64,000 bases of DNA from Selaginella moellendorffii (taxonomy: Eukaryota; Plantae; Lycopodiophyta). The notes under the pieces were generated by a model, which saw only the letters and a program-made list of their open reading frames with translations, searched no databases and was not told where the DNA came from. The position numbers and the translations under genes were made by a program. Where the stretch lies: NCBI RefSeq assembly GCF_000143415.4, contig NW_003314351.1:566964-630963 (forward strand). The letters are read 5' to 3'. This document shows positions 61,459 to 64,000 of this stretch, in pieces; the first letter of the stretch is position 1; every line of letters starts with the position of its first letter.

Positions 61459-64000
61459 AAGCTCTATTTCGTTAAAGTGGGATTTATTCAGTAAAATGGG
61501 ACTAGGTACAAATTTTCAAGTATTTGAAAATGATGTGAAATTATATGTTTTTTGTCCAGGGGCTAGACATATCTGGGGCAAGGTGACTAGTGCGGTGACT
61601 TTGTGTCCAGATTGAGTCCATCTGGTTGTATAATAAATCTCATTGTCAAGGTGAACAAGCCGAATCTGAAGCTAAAGAAGAGCGATGGATATATATCGTA
61701 TATCCGGAACTTGGCTTGAACCACTCCACAGTTACATTGAAGGAGTTAGTTTCCGCGTCCTCCTTTGCATCAGTGATGCAGCGCCCCACCCATATCATTT
61801 GTTTTTTATTACTGGGTTTGACAAGCACGACCATTCCTTTGCAGACCTGTACTAGATTGAATGCTGAATCCGGCTTCTTGTTCCTCGGCCCACAATAGTG
61901 ATCCTCAACATCGTTATCTGTCACTGCATTTCCAGAGGACATTGTTCCGCTATTATCTGGTGCTCTGGGTTCTGGCCAAAAGGACTCTTCCAATTCTTCA
62001 TATACAACCGGCCCATTTTGGATAGCAGATATAATCTTCTCCCAGTATTCAAGCAAAGGCTTGCACCTCTGAAAATAGGATTCTCCACCAAACACCAACC
62101 CCCTCTTCCAGAAGGCAATATGCTGTCTAATCCCGGCCACTATACTTTCCTGGTCTTTGAGTCCATCCGGGTGCATCGGCCGTGGGGAACCCTGAGGAAT
62201 CATAGGTTCCCCAGTTATGGGATCTCTCTTGAAGAGTTCAATGCCGTCCACTGGCAGCCACACTGTGTCTCATTCTCTCATCTTGTACCTCATCACTGGA
62301 GCACCGTCACGCATGCTGAAATGAAACTGAAGAGGCTTGGAGTGGCCAATCAGCGTTTCAGATCCGTCCCTGATGTAGCCTCTTACAAACCCCTTAAAGT
62401 CTTGAACCTCTGTCACAAGTGCAGCTTCAACAGTGCCTTTGATGCAATTTTGGAATTCATCGTAGAGTTGTGGGAGGGTGAGGACATTGGATCGCCGGAG
62501 GGACTCTACCAGGTGACTGAACATGGCATCGACGTCTTCATGAGTGTGCCCAACCATGAGAAAGCCAAGTGTAACCGTTTCAAATATGCCTTTGGCAACA
62601 AGCATCGCCAAGTACGCGAAGATGTACATGTTTTTGTTCTCACTGCCAGCATTGTCTGTTTGGAGTAGAAGATGGGGTGGAAGGCCACATTGGCCGCAAG
62701 AACTTCCTTGAGATTCTGCTTCATTTGGATGAGGTTGTGCATTCACCAGGCGACCAGCCTCGTCGGAATGGCATGAGGCCTCACGTGATAACCCTACAAT
62801 CTGACGGCCAACATATTCACTGGGATGACATGGGGCCCCACGTGATACTGCAAGCCTTTGCTCCTCCTCCAGTTGAACCCTGTATGGGGTTCGATCGACA
62901 AGGGCCTTATGCAAGGGTTGGCCGTTCAGCTCAGTCTGCGCACTTTGCAGAGACCTTAAGTGTTTTGCTAGGGACGCAATCATCATGTTTGCACCCCCGC
63001 CACCCCATAAAGGTACAAAGAAGTTCCCATAGTTCTGGGCACCATGCCCATGAGCAATTATGCCAAACAGAGACACAGGCAGCTGCATGGATGAAGAGAT
63101 TGCCTTGGGGGCAAGATTGAGTCGAGGTAAGCACGTCTTTTTCTGGTCCATTTTGTTGTGGATGATGCAGAGGTAAGAGTCAGGTCTCTCCATGGAGAGA
63201 ATCCTGTTATGATAATATGCAGTCCTGCAGCTTCTCTGCTCGATGTTGTGGTCGAGCCGCCTTCTAACCAACGTCTCTCGCTCTTGAGCGATGCAAGAAT
63301 TCTTCGACAAAGCCATTTTGATAGTAGTGCACTCGTCACACTTTGAAAAGCTGGAGTACTTTCCTATACTCACATCCCTGAACCTGTTGCTCCACAATCT
63401 ACTAAATCTAGATTGGCTCAGCTTCCTGTAGCCATTACTCTGGAGTTCCCGATTCACATCTTCCAATATGGCCCCCTTGGTATACATGGAAGGGAGAACT
63501 CGTTGGGTGTCTCGTGTTCCATCTTCCAAAAGGCGGGTTTTATGTGGTTGCTGCTCGCTACATGTCTCGACAAACCTCTTGAAGATTGCCTCTCCATATA
63601 TAACATGACCCCTGGTTTTGTGTGTACTATCGTTCCCATGGACTGCCTGTTGAACCCTTTGTTCCTCGAACTCAGTTTTGATTCTGTAGAATGTGGTTCG
63701 AGGGACTCCATAAATGATTCTCCATACCTTCATGCAAACCAAACCCCTCTGGAAGACCATGCCCCCCACCTGATGTTCTGAAGCATCAACAGATGACCGT
63801 AATGCCTCATATACAAAATTGGGAGCTGCCTTCCAGGACAATGTCTTGTATCTTGCTCTCTCCTCTTCAATAGCATCCCAATCAGCATGTTGACAGCACC
63901 TCCTCTTGCAACAAGCAACTGTCGAGACCATTCGAACCTCCATCGCCATTTTCTGCCTTTTCGGTTCGTTGCTCAAATCCCTTTGGCTGCGCTTTAGGAA
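61459..64000. mobile_element. Second copy of the Sola-like transposon (left end; runs off the window; 1576-bp internal deletion)
   Basis: Identical TIR at 61459-61482. Colinear with 6926-7155, then with 8732-11037. Confidence 0.95.
61646..64000 (-). pseudogene. Transposase of copy 2 (TGG>TGA stop at 62270; C-terminus lost to the deletion)
   Basis: ORFs 62270-63976 and 61646-62263 are in one frame and highly similar to copy 1. Confidence 0.9.

Overview
Transposon-saturated plant-type genomic DNA with three N-gaps and no convincing host gene. The Met-tRNA PBSs, Cassandra TRIM LTRs and very short (47-57 nt) GT-AG introns suggest a non-seed land plant, but this is inference. The centrepiece is a complete 11,615-bp cut-and-paste DNA transposon (6926-18540) with perfect 24-bp TIRs (AAGCTCTATTTCGTTAAAGTGGGA) and a 4-bp CTCT TSD, inserted in a Gypsy pol gene. 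It carries two divergent intron-containing genes. One is a ~1029-aa Sola/DUF7869-type DDD transposase (minus strand). The other is a ~1455-aa, 7-exon protein (plus strand) with a ParB/Srx-like N-terminal domain, an acidic tract and a C-terminal FCP1/NIF-type HAD phosphatase domain. There is also a small third ORF. About 19-20 copies of a 24-bp palindrome, AATGGCRTG-N6-CAYGCCATT, are dispersed only within the element: in introns, at stop codons and in-frame inside coding regions. This suggests a ParB/parS-like system in a eukaryotic transposon. A second, internally deleted copy starts at 61459, and its empty site is preserved in a 2.1-kb segmental duplicate. The rest of the window is a deep nest of two non-coding LTR families (A and B), a split LINE, solo LTRs with clean 5-bp TSDs, and two 5S-rRNA-bearing Cassandra solo LTRs.
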